Shown in pieces: positions 1 to 8,290 of a stretch of DNA of 61,020 bases. The stretch is from Sphaerochaetaceae bacterium. Its GTDB lineage: Bacteria > Bacillota > Clostridia > Oscillospirales > CAG-272. Made by a program: the position numbers and the translations under genes. Below the pieces are notes generated by a model that saw only the letters and a list, made by a program, of their open reading frames with translations, had not been told where the DNA came from and ran no database searches. The stretch covers positions 1-61,020 of the forward strand of contig CAVKJG010000004.1 of the NCBI GenBank assembly GCA_963656825.1, read 5' to 3'. Position 1 is the first letter of the stretch, and each line of letters starts with the position of its first letter.

Positions 1-1
1 G

Positions 2-3000
2 CTTTTCGGCGCGCTTGCAATGACGGGCTGCTCGCTTTTTGAAAAAACAGAGCAGACCGAAACGGACGACCGTCTGCCCACAACGCTTAACCTTTTGGGT
101 ATAACGGAAAGCTCGACCACGCCCGAGGCTGTGGCGGCAGTCGAGGAGCAGATAAACAAAATACTTGTTGCAAAGTATGAAACGAAGATAAAGCTCACTC
201 TTGTGACAGAGGACGAATATTATAAGCTTATCGAAGAAAGAATAGCGGAGAAAAAGCATCTTGACAATCTTGACGCGGCAATCCAGCAGTACAACAAGTA
301 CATGCAGAAGCTTGCCGACGAGCAGGCAAGAATCGCGGCTTCGCTCAGCTCCGGCAGCGGCAAGTGGAAGAAAAACAACGTGACCGTAATCGCGGAAACC
401 GTTTCCACAAGGCCGGTATATACCGCCGAGCAGACAACGGTTGACGAGGGCGGTATCATTTCGATAGTTTATCCCGACCCCGCATCGCCAATTGATATAG
501 TTATGATATCCGGCAAGGATATGTACGATTACTTCGACGAAAATTCGATAATCGCGTCTATCACAAGCTATCTTACGGAAGAAAGCTATCAGAAGCTCAA
601 CCAATATATTTACCCCACATATTTTTCGCAGATTTCGGCTATGACAGGCGACGTAAAGGCGGTTCCTTCAAACAATCTTCTTGCTGAGTACACTTATCTT
701 GCGGTCGATAAAAAGCTTGCCGACAAATACGGCTTCAATATAGACAACGTAAGCGGCTATTCCGACCTTGCCGATTTTCTTGCAAAGGTAAAGGCGAACG
801 AAAGCGTCAGACCATTCAAAGACGTTCCCGACGCGCTCGGAATATTCTATCCGTTCGGAGAGGACGTTGCCGTTGCGACATACGCGGATCCTATCTACGG
901 CTACAACACCGAAGAAAACAAAACATTTACAATAAGCAATCTTTTCGACATTCCGCAGTACACCGATCACCTCAAGCTTATGAATGAATACAAGGCGCTC
1001 GGCTACTTTGACGGCGAAGGCGATTCGTTTGCCGCCGCAGCGATAGTCGGCGACGCTTCCGTAGCGGACGATTACAGCGACGATTATTACGTGAAGGTAA
1101 TTCAGAATCCTTTCGTTGAGGAAACGGACATATTTGAAGGTATGATGGCTGTAAGCACATACACTTCAAGCGAAAAGCGTTCACTTGAAGTAGTTCAGGC
1201 ATTCAGCACTACACCCGAGCTTAAAAACCTGCTTCAGTACGGTATAAAGGACGTAAACTATTCCGTAAACGACGACGGTCTTACCATAAAGCGTCTCAAC
1301 AGCGACTATATGATGGATACGGCGCTGACGGGCAACGTTTATATGGGCTATCCCGAAGAAGGTCAGGACGCGGATCAGTGGTCATACTACAAGGTTACAA
1401 ACCTTTCCTCGCTCCTTTCTCCGTTCCTTGTTTACTATGTAAATGCAAACACGATAGACGGCAGCATGAGCGATATCCTCAAGAGAGTCGCTCTTGAGGA
1501 AGCGTTCGTCAACGTCGGCATCACATATGACGAATACCTTGAAATAGAAAGCACCCTGACCGGAAGCAATAAGTTCCTTGAGCTTAAACGTTACTACAAG
1601 GATTATCTCAAGCAGTGCCTCAGAGCCGACGGCGTAACGGAGGCTATGCTCGATCAGGCGGTCGAGGGTTCAAGCATCAGAAGCAACGAATGGTTCACGC
1701 AGAAGATAGTTGACAAGTTCGTTTCCGAAAAGTATTCGGAGCTTGCAACCTCCGCCGGAATAAAAACTCTTGTTGAGCAGAAGCTTACCGATATAATAGG
1801 CGTAAGCTACGCAAAGACGGCTACCGGCAATTCGTTTGAGAAATACAGAACGGACGCTCAGCAGTATTACACAAACATCAAGTATCTTCGTATAATGGCG
1901 GATATGCTTCTTTTCACGGAGCTTGACGAAGCGGAAAAGGCAAAATACGATGCCATGACCGATACCGAATTTGAAGCCGCGCTTCTTGAATTCGTTACTG
2001 ACAACTATATAAAACAGAACGAGCTTACCGACGAAAAATACGCCGAGCTTGTAAAGACGTATATCTGTTCGCAGATGAATTTCTCGGACAATCTCGGAAA
2101 CACTTATTCTGTTGGCTGGGACGAAATAAGCAAAACGCTTGAAAAGGCGCAGCCGTTCATTGATTACACGGAAACTCTCAAGGAGGTCTACGCGGAGCTT
2201 CTTGCCGAGAGCAAATATAATCTTGACAGCTCGACCGCAACTCCGACAGCCGTTGTAACAAAGATTCACGATCTGCTTTATGCACAGTATCTTGATGAGC
2301 AGGGCGTTTCGATGGCTGAATTCCAGAACGGCATTTACGATGAGATATTCGCTCCTTACGGACTGACAAAGTCCGAGGCGGACGAAATAAGAAAAAAAGA
2401 CAAGACAACATACGATTCTTATATCTCAAAGATAAAATCGAAATACAAAGCCGTTCTCAAGGAAGAATATTCGGTAGAAAAATATAAGGAAAAGGGAACG
2501 ATGGCTCTCAATGCCACGGAAATACTGACGACAGTTCTCAACTACCTTATAGAAGAAAAAACGCAGATATATCACACAATGTGCGACGCCGCCGGAATGA
2601 GCTACAGCGAGTTCAAAACCGTAAGAACATACATGACGGACTACATCAAGTATGTAAACATGATGAGGACAAAGAACACCTACACTCTTTCCACCGTTTA
2701 CACGACAAGTCAGATCAACGCCCTCAAATACAATGAAATTCAGGACGTTGTATACGACGTGATTTACAGCGTGGGCTACTATACAAACGAAATGGTCAAG
2801 CTTGTCGGTTCTTCGCTTTCCGATTATACAAGCGCCAAGACAAGCGCCGCAAAATATATCGACGCTCTCGGCAAGATGACGGATTATTACAAGGATGAAA
2901 TCATCGCGCTCGGATACGATATAGACACATTCAAAAATATGGATCCCGAAGATATGGAAGCTGTGATTTACGAGCTTGCGACAGAGGAATGCTCCAAGGG

Positions 3001-3190
3001 CAAGGAAACGCTTGAAGAGTATATGGTAAACATCTCGAAGAAGTATATCGACGGCATAAAGACAGCGGACAATATCGAAGAATACTGCAAGAAGGCTTCG
3101 GAAGAGCTTCACGCGGACGCGATATTCGACGCCGTACCCAAGGAATTCGACAGCGCCAAGGAAAAAGCTCTTACAGAGGAAACAAAATAA
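2..3190 (+). CDS. large predicted lipoprotein, 5' end probably outside the window (solute-binding-protein-like N-terminal part, long helical C-terminal part)
   Basis: The frame is open from nt 2. Residues LFGALAMTGC around nt 20 look like the end of a signal peptide plus a lipobox Cys. The ORF is 1056 aa with coding-like composition, and a strong terminator follows the stop. Confidence 0.55.
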   Translation, partial: LFGALAMTGCSLFEKTEQTETDDRLPTTLNLLGITESSTTPEAVAAVEEQINKILVAKYETKIKLTLVTEDEYYKLIEERIAEKKHLDNLDAAIQQYNKYMQKLADEQARIAASLSSGSGKWKKNNVTVIAETVSTRPVYTAEQTTVDEGGIISIVYPDPASPIDIVMISGKDMYDYFDENSIIASITSYLTEESYQKLNQYIYPTYFSQISAMTGDVKAVPSNNLLAEYTYLAVDKKLADKYGFNIDNVSGYSDLADFLAKVKANESVRPFKDVPDALGIFYPFGEDVAVATYADPIYGYNTEENKTFTISNLFDIPQYTDHLKLMNEYKALGYFDGEGDSFAAAAIVGDASVADDYSDDYYVKVIQNPFVEETDIFEGMMAVSTYTSSEKRSLEVVQAFSTTPELKNLLQYGIKDVNYSVNDDGLTIKRLNSDYMMDTALTGNVYMGYPEEGQDADQWSYYKVTNLSSLLSPFLVYYVNANTIDGSMSDILKRVALEEAFVNVGITYDEYLEIESTLTGSNKFLELKRYYKDYLKQCLRADGVTEAMLDQAVEGSSIRSNEWFTQKIVDKFVSEKYSELATSAGIKTLVEQKLTDIIGVSYAKTATGNSFEKYRTDAQQYYTNIKYLRIMADMLLFTELDEAEKAKYDAMTDTEFEAALLEFVTDNYIKQNELTDEKYAELVKTYICSQMNFSDNLGNTYSVGWDEISKTLEKAQPFIDYTETLKEVYAELLAESKYNLDSSTATPTAVVTKIHDLLYAQYLDEQGVSMAEFQNGIYDEIFAPYGLTKSEADEIRKKDKTTYDSYISKIKSKYKAVLKEEYSVEKYKEKGTMALNATEILTTVLNYLIEEKTQIYHTMCDAAGMSYSEFKTVRTYMTDYIKYVNMMRTKNTYTLSTVYTTSQINALKYNEIQDVVYDVIYSVGYYTNEMVKLVGSSLSDYTSAKTSAAKYIDALGKMTDYYKDEIIALGYDIDTFKNMDPEDMEAVIYELATEECSKGKETLEEYMVNISKKYIDGIKTADNIEEYCKKASEELHADAIFDAVPKEFDSAKEKALTEETK

Positions 3191-3200
3191 GAAAAAACAA

Positions 3201-3239
3201 AGCGAGCCGGCTTTTCAGCCGGCTCGCTTTTTGCTTTTT
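3201..3239 (+). terminator. rho-independent terminator
   Basis: Perfect 11-bp stem AGCGAGCCGGC/GCCGGCTCGCT with a 6-nt loop, followed by TTTTTGCTTTTT. Confidence 0.85.
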
Positions 3240-4193
3240 GGCGAATATTTTTCGCAGGGGACGAATATAAATTTATCACACGGAAGATTTTCGGAGGCGC
3301 TTACGGAAGAAAAGCTTGAAAGGGTAATAAAATATCTGCCGTGCGACAAGGGTAAAGCCATAGCTTCGCTTTGCAGGGAAAGACTTGGCGACGGGCGCGA
3401 CGTAAGCGAGATAAGGCTGAGGGCGGGAGCGCCGCTTTCTCTTACGGTCGGCAGGCGGAACGTGCTGCTTGCGCCGACGGAAGCTGCCGTCTGCACGGAA
3501 AAAGAGCTGGGAGAAACGCTCGGCAGGCTTTGCGAGGATTCCGTTCATACATACGGCGAAACGATAAAGGAAGGCTACGCCACGCTTTCCGGCGGATACA
3601 GAATAGGCGTGTGCGGAAGCGCGCAGAGCGACGGAGAAAAGGTGAAAAGCGTTTATTCGGTAAGCTCATTGTGCATAAGAATACCGCACGCCGTAACGGG
3701 CGTATGCGGAGAGCTGCTCGACGAGATAAAAACGCAGAGCGGTCTTGTATCGGCTCTGATATATTCGCCGCCGGGGGAGGGCAAAACAACGCTTTTGCGC
3801 GACGCGGCGCAGAGGCTTTCGCGCGGGGAGGATGCGCTGCGCGTATGCATAATAGATACGCGCGGAGAGATATATCTGCGCGAGCTTTTTTCGGACGGGA
3901 TAGCAGACGTTATGCACGGCTATCCGCGGGCAAAGGGAATGGAAATTGCGGCAAGAACGATGTCGGCACAGCTGATAGTCTGCGATGAGATAGGAACATC
4001 AGCCGAAGCCGACGCGATAATATCGGTTGCAAACACGGGCGTGCCGTTTCTTGCCACGGCGCACGGAAGCTCGCTTTCCGATATAATGCGGCGTCCTCAG
4101 CTGAAAAGGCTTGCCGACGCGGGCATATTTGAAAAATATATAGGTATAAGGCGGCTCGGAAGCGGATTTTCGCTTTCGGTCGATACGTTATGA
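3231..4193 (+). CDS. spoIIIAA: stage III sporulation protein AA (AAA ATPase)
   Basis: Walker A SPPGEGKTTLLRD and Walker B LIVCDEIG. First of eight collinear spoIIIA genes. The start is uncertain: the only in-frame ATG/GTG/TTG before residue ~78 is TTG 3231, which lies inside the upstream terminator T-tract. Confidence 0.8.
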   Translation: MLFGEYFSQGTNINLSHGRFSEALTEEKLERVIKYLPCDKGKAIASLCRERLGDGRDVSEIRLRAGAPLSLTVGRRNVLLAPTEAAVCTEKELGETLGRLCEDSVHTYGETIKEGYATLSGGYRIGVCGSAQSDGEKVKSVYSVSSLCIRIPHAVTGVCGELLDEIKTQSGLVSALIYSPPGEGKTTLLRDAAQRLSRGEDALRVCIIDTRGEIYLRELFSDGIADVMHGYPRAKGMEIAARTMSAQLIVCDEIGTSAEADAIISVANTGVPFLATAHGSSLSDIMRRPQLKRLADAGIFEKYIGIRRLGSGFSLSVDTL

Positions 4194-4693
4194 AGGCTGT
4201 CGGCGCGGTGCTTGTGTTTTTCGCTGCTTTTACCTGCGGACTTCTTGCCGGCAGACGCGAACAGCGAAGAATAGACGAGGCGGAGGCTTTCCTTGCGCTT
4301 TTTGAGTATATAAAAAATCAGGTGGGATATTTTCTTACGCCGACAAAGCTTATTTACAGGGGCTTTGAAAACAAGGTGCTTTCCGACGTCGGATTTCTTG
4401 ACAGGCTGTGCTCGCACGAAAACGACGAGATATATTTCGATGCGTGGGGAGATGCTTTCCGTGCGTGCGAGGAAGAGCTTCATCTTTCCGCGGAGGAAAA
4501 GAAAACGGTGCTTCGCTTCGGAGAGTGTATAGGAAAAAGCGACGAGCATATGCAGCTGAAAAGCTTTGATTATTACATCGGGCTTTTGTCCTCGGAGCTT
4601 GAAAAGGCAAGATCGGAAACGGCAAAAAACAAAAAGGTTTACAGAACCGTGGGGTTCGCCGTCGGAGCGATGGCGGCAATACTGCTTATATGA
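4190..4693 (+). CDS. spoIIIAB: stage III sporulation protein AB
   Basis: 167 aa with an N-terminal TM helix. ATGA overlap with spoIIIAA. Position in the operon fits. Confidence 0.75.
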   Translation: MKAVGAVLVFFAAFTCGLLAGRREQRRIDEAEAFLALFEYIKNQVGYFLTPTKLIYRGFENKVLSDVGFLDRLCSHENDEIYFDAWGDAFRACEEELHLSAEEKKTVLRFGECIGKSDEHMQLKSFDYYIGLLSSELEKARSETAKNKKVYRTVGFAVGAMAAILLI

Positions 4694-4703
4694 GGGAGAT
4701 AAA

Positions 4704-4898
4704 ATGGAAACTGCGCTTATTCTGAAGGTCGCCGGAATAGGAATACTTGTCGCCGTATCGAGTATGGTACTCAGCAAGTCGGGGAGAGATGAGCAGGCGA
4801 TGCTTGTTTCGCTTGCGGGGGTCGTTATAGTGCTGCTTATAATAGTCGGCGAAATAGGAGGGCTTTTCGATACGGTGAAAAGTATTTTCGGGCTGTGA
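4704..4898 (+). CDS. spoIIIAC: stage III sporulation protein AC
   Basis: Internal ATG of ORF 4566..4898 with GAGGGAG upstream. 64-aa two-TM protein METALILKVAGIGILVAV... Confidence 0.8.
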   Translation: METALILKVAGIGILVAVSSMVLSKSGRDEQAMLVSLAGVVIVLLIIVGEIGGLFDTVKSIFGL

Positions 4899-5281
4899 GT
4901 ATCATAAAGCTTTGCGGCGTGGGAGTGATATCCGTTTCCGCGGCGCTTATAGTGAAAAAGCTGAAGCCAGATTTTGCGGTTTTCGTTTCGCTTGCCGCCG
5001 CAACGGTTATTCTCGGCGCTTCGGTATCGACGCTTGCGCCGGTGATATCGTATGTGGGGGAGCTTTCGGACGGCTCTGGCTTCGGAGTTTATACCGAAAC
5101 GATAATAAAATCGCTTGCGGTGACGGTGCTTGCTCAGACCACGGGGGATATATGCCGCGACTGCGGGGAGAGTGCCGTCGCCGGAAAGATAGAGCTTGCC
5201 GCCAAATGTTCGATAATGCTTTTGAGCCTTCCGGTGATAAAAAACATATTTTCGCTTTCGGAGGCGGTGCTCGGCAAGTGA
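4895..5281 (+). CDS. spoIIIAD: stage III sporulation protein AD
   Basis: 128-aa polytopic membrane protein. GTGA overlap with spoIIIAC. Contains the AGKIELAAK motif region as in SpoIIIAD. Confidence 0.8.
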   Translation: MSIIKLCGVGVISVSAALIVKKLKPDFAVFVSLAAATVILGASVSTLAPVISYVGELSDGSGFGVYTETIIKSLAVTVLAQTTGDICRDCGESAVAGKIELAAKCSIMLLSLPVIKNIFSLSEAVLGK

Positions 5282-6372
5282 AGAAAACGTTGTGCGCCGT
5301 TATTGCGGCGATGCTTATGCTGCTGTTTCCGGTCACAGCGCTCGGGGCGGAAACCGGCGATGTTCTCTCCGCCGTGCCGGACGAACTGAAAGAATATCTG
5401 CCGGATACGGACAAATCGGCAGAGCCTTCGGAGATCGCGTCGGCGTTCGACGCGGGGTGGCTTTTCAAAACCGTGCTTGCAATACTGTCGGATATCGCGC
5501 CCAAGACCGTTTCGTCCGTTGCGACGGTGCTTGGAATGCTTATCATCGCATCCGTACTTGCCGTCGTGCGCGACACAACGTCGGGCGGCACGCTTAAAAG
5601 CGTGCTTACATATGTCTGCTCGGTGTGCATATGCGGCGCTTCCTACGGACTTATAGGCGGACTTATGGATATGGTTTCCGAATTCACCGGACGAATGGGC
5701 GAATTTTTGCGTTATGTTCTGCCTGCGCTCGCGGCGCTGATGGCAAGCGAGGGCGCGATAACGGCGTCGTCTGTCGGGTGCGCCGTTGTGTACGGAGCGG
5801 TGGCACTGCTTGAAAAGCTGACGGATGGGTTTGTTTTTCCGATGATAAAGATAGGCTTTTGCATATCGGTCGGGGCGGCGGCGCTCGGCAACGACGGACT
5901 TTCCGGCATATCGGCAACGGTAAAAAAGCTTGTAACCTCGGTTATGACGCTTACGATGATAGCTTTTTCGTGTGTGCTGACGTTTCAGAGCATAGTCGCG
6001 CGCAGTGCGGATTCGGTGCTTTTCAAGGGAGTAAAATTTGCGCTTTCAAATATAATTCCCGTTGTGGGAAGCGCGGTGGGGGAGGCGCTCACAGCCGTGA
6101 CGGGAAGTATTTCGGTGCTTAAATCCGCCATGGGAACAATAGGCGCGGTGGCGATATTGCTTATATTTCTGTATCCGTTCTGTACGCTCTGGGCAAACAA
6201 GGTTGCCTTCGAGCTTCTTTCCTCGGTTGCGGGAATTCTCGGACTTTCGCGGGAGGGGAAATTCCTTTCGGAGATGTCGTCCGTTACGGGACTTATGATG
6301 GCGGTGATAAGCTCTTCCACGGTGTTTTTTATAATAGCCATGGCGATATTCGCCTCGGCGGGAGCGGGCTGA
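5278..6372 (+). CDS. spoIIIAE: stage III sporulation protein AE
   Basis: GTG 5278 gives the signal-peptide-like start VKKTLCAVIAAMLMLLFPVTALGAE, followed by a polytopic membrane domain. The upstream part of ORF 4912..6372 overlaps spoIIIAD and is Arg/Gly-rich noise. Confidence 0.75.
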   Translation: MKKTLCAVIAAMLMLLFPVTALGAETGDVLSAVPDELKEYLPDTDKSAEPSEIASAFDAGWLFKTVLAILSDIAPKTVSSVATVLGMLIIASVLAVVRDTTSGGTLKSVLTYVCSVCICGASYGLIGGLMDMVSEFTGRMGEFLRYVLPALAALMASEGAITASSVGCAVVYGAVALLEKLTDGFVFPMIKIGFCISVGAAALGNDGLSGISATVKKLVTSVMTLTMIAFSCVLTFQSIVARSADSVLFKGVKFALSNIIPVVGSAVGEALTAVTGSISVLKSAMGTIGAVAILLIFLYPFCTLWANKVAFELLSSVAGILGLSREGKFLSEMSSVTGLMMAVISSSTVFFIIAMAIFASAGAG

Positions 6373-6373
6373 T

Positions 6374-6871
6374 ATGGAAAAGCTGAGCGGTTTTGCGATT
6401 TCGGTTCTTACGGTTTGCGTTATATCCGGCATAGTGACGGGTATTTCGCCCGAGGGCGCGATGAAAAAATATATCAATTACATAGTTTCTCTTTGTGTGC
6501 TTGCGGCGATAATAACGCCGGTAATAAGCATTTTTTCGTCGGTTCCGCAGTATTCCGATGAGATAGAGCATATATTTGAGAAACAAAAAGAAGCCGATTC
6601 CGACGCGCAGGCAAAGCTGATAGAAAGTCAGAAGGCGGCGGTGGAAACGGCGATAAGAGATACGATAGTGAAAAAGTTCGGTATGGAAGAGGATTGCGTT
6701 TTTGTGCGGATAACGATAGACGCGACGAACAGATCCGCAATCGAGATACGGTGCATTGATATTTCGGTAAAAGGAAAATGCCCTTCGGGAGAGATAAAAA
6801 AGTATATAGAGGAGATGTTTTACGGTACGGCAAAGGTAACTGTTTCGGAGGTCGGCGATGGGGGAGCTTAA
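6374..6871 (+). CDS. spoIIIAF: stage III sporulation protein AF
   Basis: 165 aa with two N-terminal TM helices and a soluble domain. Starts 1 nt after the spoIIIAE stop. Confidence 0.75.
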   Translation: MEKLSGFAISVLTVCVISGIVTGISPEGAMKKYINYIVSLCVLAAIITPVISIFSSVPQYSDEIEHIFEKQKEADSDAQAKLIESQKAAVETAIRDTIVKKFGMEEDCVFVRITIDATNRSAIEIRCIDISVKGKCPSGEIKKYIEEMFYGTAKVTVSEVGDGGA

Positions 6872-7370
6872 GATAAAAAGAATATTTTCGGGTTCCGACG
6901 GGAAAAAGCTGATGTGGCTTATTATTATAGGCGCGGTGGGACTTGCGCTGATACTTTTCGGCTCGCTTTCCGGCGGCGAAAAAAAGGAAACGCAAAATCT
7001 GTCGAACGACTCGGATGAAACACAGGCATATATTTCGGAAACCGAGAATAAGATTAGAACCATAACGGAGCAGATAACGGGATCATCCGACGCTTGCGTG
7101 ATGATAACGGCAAAATCCGGAGTTGAATCGGTTTACGCGTGTGACGAAAAGACCGTTTCCGGCGGAGAGAGCATAAGTCACATAACCGTTAAAAACAGCA
7201 GCGGAGCGGGAGAGCCGGTGCTTGTAAAACGGATATATCCGGAAATAACCGGAGTATCGATCGTGTGCGAAGGCGGCGATCGCGCGGAAATTCAGGCAAA
7301 GCTGATAAAAGCTGTTTCAACTGCTTTGGGGATATCGAGCAACCGTATCTGCATAGTGGGAAAAAAATAA
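6858..7370 (+). CDS. spoIIIAG: stage III sporulation protein AG
   Basis: 170 aa with one TM helix. The C-terminal GVSIVCEGGD...LGISSNRICIV segment is typical of SpoIIIAG. Confidence 0.8.
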   Translation: MGELKIKRIFSGSDGKKLMWLIIIGAVGLALILFGSLSGGEKKETQNLSNDSDETQAYISETENKIRTITEQITGSSDACVMITAKSGVESVYACDEKTVSGGESISHITVKNSSGAGEPVLVKRIYPEITGVSIVCEGGDRAEIQAKLIKAVSTALGISSNRICIVGKK

Positions 7371-7391
7371 TTTTTTACAGGAGAAAGTATT

Positions 7392-8042
7392 ATGAGAAAC
7401 GCAGAGAGAACAGCACTCAGAATGGGGCAGGCAGAACAGATAACAAAGGACGCAACGCTTGAGCTTCCCGAAAGCGAAGAAAAAACGTTCAGCTTCAAAA
7501 GTATTTTTACTTCCGACGGCGTTAAAAAGGGAATAGGCAGAATAGGCGCAAGAAATATCGTCATTGCGCTTGCGATAATACTTATCGGTGCGGCGGTATA
7601 TGTAAACTGGCAGCTTTTCGGAGGAACAAATGTTGAAGTGCCGGAAAGTCCCGATACGCAGCAGACCGGAAAAACAGACGTAAGCTCGGAGCAGACGGAG
7701 GATTATTTCGCATCGGCGGAGGTTTCCAGAAAGCAGGCAAGAGATGAAGCCATTGAGGTTCTTCAGAGCGTTGTTGACGACAAAGGCTCGCTTGACGCGG
7801 CAAAGGAACAGGCGCTTAAGGATATCAGCGCGATGGCTGCGAACATAGAGCTTGAAGCAAACATAGAATCGCTTATAAAGGCAAAGGGCTTTGAAGAGTG
7901 CGTTACCGTTCTCAATGGCGACAAGGCGACCGTTGTTGTAAAAAGCGACGGACTTAAACCCAATCAGCTTTCGCAGATACTTGAAATCGTTTATCTTCAG
8001 GCGGGCGTTGTTCCGGCAAACGTTACGATAACGGAGAAATAA
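7392..8042 (+). CDS. spoIIIAH: stage III sporulation protein AH
   Basis: 216 aa with one TM helix. YscJ/FliF-like C-terminus KGFEECVTVLNGDKATVVVKSDGL. Last gene of the operon. Confidence 0.8.
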   Translation: MRNAERTALRMGQAEQITKDATLELPESEEKTFSFKSIFTSDGVKKGIGRIGARNIVIALAIILIGAAVYVNWQLFGGTNVEVPESPDTQQTGKTDVSSEQTEDYFASAEVSRKQARDEAIEVLQSVVDDKGSLDAAKEQALKDISAMAANIELEANIESLIKAKGFEECVTVLNGDKATVVVKSDGLKPNQLSQILEIVYLQAGVVPANVTITEK

Positions 8043-8050
8043 GCATTTAT

Positions 8051-8148
8051 GGGGAATTCGAATTCTCGCGGCTCGACGCCGCTCGGTCGTCGCGGTTCTG
8101 ACAGCCTGATTAAAGGCTGTCATTCACTGCCGCTCCGTTCGAATCCCC
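8051..8148 (+). repeat. structured repeat element, copy 1 (related inverted copy at 40009-40091)
   Basis: About 65 nt in three blocks is near-identical to the reverse complement of 40009-40091. Outer helix 8051-8062/8138-8148 and central hairpin 8099-8106/8115-8122. Indels break every reading frame between the two copies. Confidence 0.6.
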
Positions 8149-8155
8149 GGCGGCA

Positions 8156-8190
8156 AAAGGAAAAGAGCGCTAAAAGCGCTCTTTTCCTTT
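8156..8190. terminator. bidirectional terminator hairpin shared by the spoIIIA side and tRNA-Arg
   Basis: Long A/T-flanked stem AAAGGAAAAGAGCGCT-AAA-AGCGCTCTTTTCCTTT. Confidence 0.75.
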
Positions 8191-8267
8191 TGGCCTGCCC
8201 TGGGGGATTCGAACCCCCAACCGTCAGAATCGGAATCTGATACTCTATCCAATTGCGCTAAGGGCAG
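8191..8267 (-). tRNA. tRNA-Arg (anticodon CCG)
   Basis: Cloverleaf read by eye: acceptor CTGCCCT/AGGGCAG, anticodon arm TCAGA-TTCCGAT-TCTGA, T arm GGGGG-TTCGAAT-CCCCC, encoded CCA. There is one mismatch in the D stem. Confidence 0.85.
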
Positions 8268-8272
8268 ATATA

Positions 8273-8290
8273 AAATCCCTTGCGGGATTT
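8273..8290 (-). terminator. weak terminator-like hairpin overlapping the amidohydrolase stop codon
   Basis: On the minus strand: AAATCCC-GCAA-GGGATTT followed by TATATC, then the tRNA 5' end. Confidence 0.4.

Noticed and set aside
3371-3988. 205-aa Arg-rich ORF inside spoIIIAA in another frame.
   Set aside because: Extreme Arg/Ala composition and no RBS. It is entirely nested in a gene with clear Walker motifs.
4912-5277. N-terminal 122 codons of the 486-aa ORF preceding spoIIIAE.
   Set aside because: This stretch overlaps spoIIIAD in another frame and translates to Arg/Gly/Cys-rich sequence. The SpoIIIAE signal peptide starts at GTG 5278.
8051-8148. Repeat copies as tRNA pseudogenes or phage att sites, because of GTTCGAATCC-like T-loop sequence.
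   Set aside because: No cloverleaf can be drawn: the stems flanking the T-loop-like motif are not complementary. No integrase or phage genes are nearby. The possibility of distant tRNA ancestry is kept only as a comment in the finding.
8049-8240. 63-aa ORF running through repeat copy 1, the terminator and into tRNA-Arg.
   Set aside because: It overlaps a tRNA and a terminator, and the second repeat copy does not preserve the reading frame. It is not coding.
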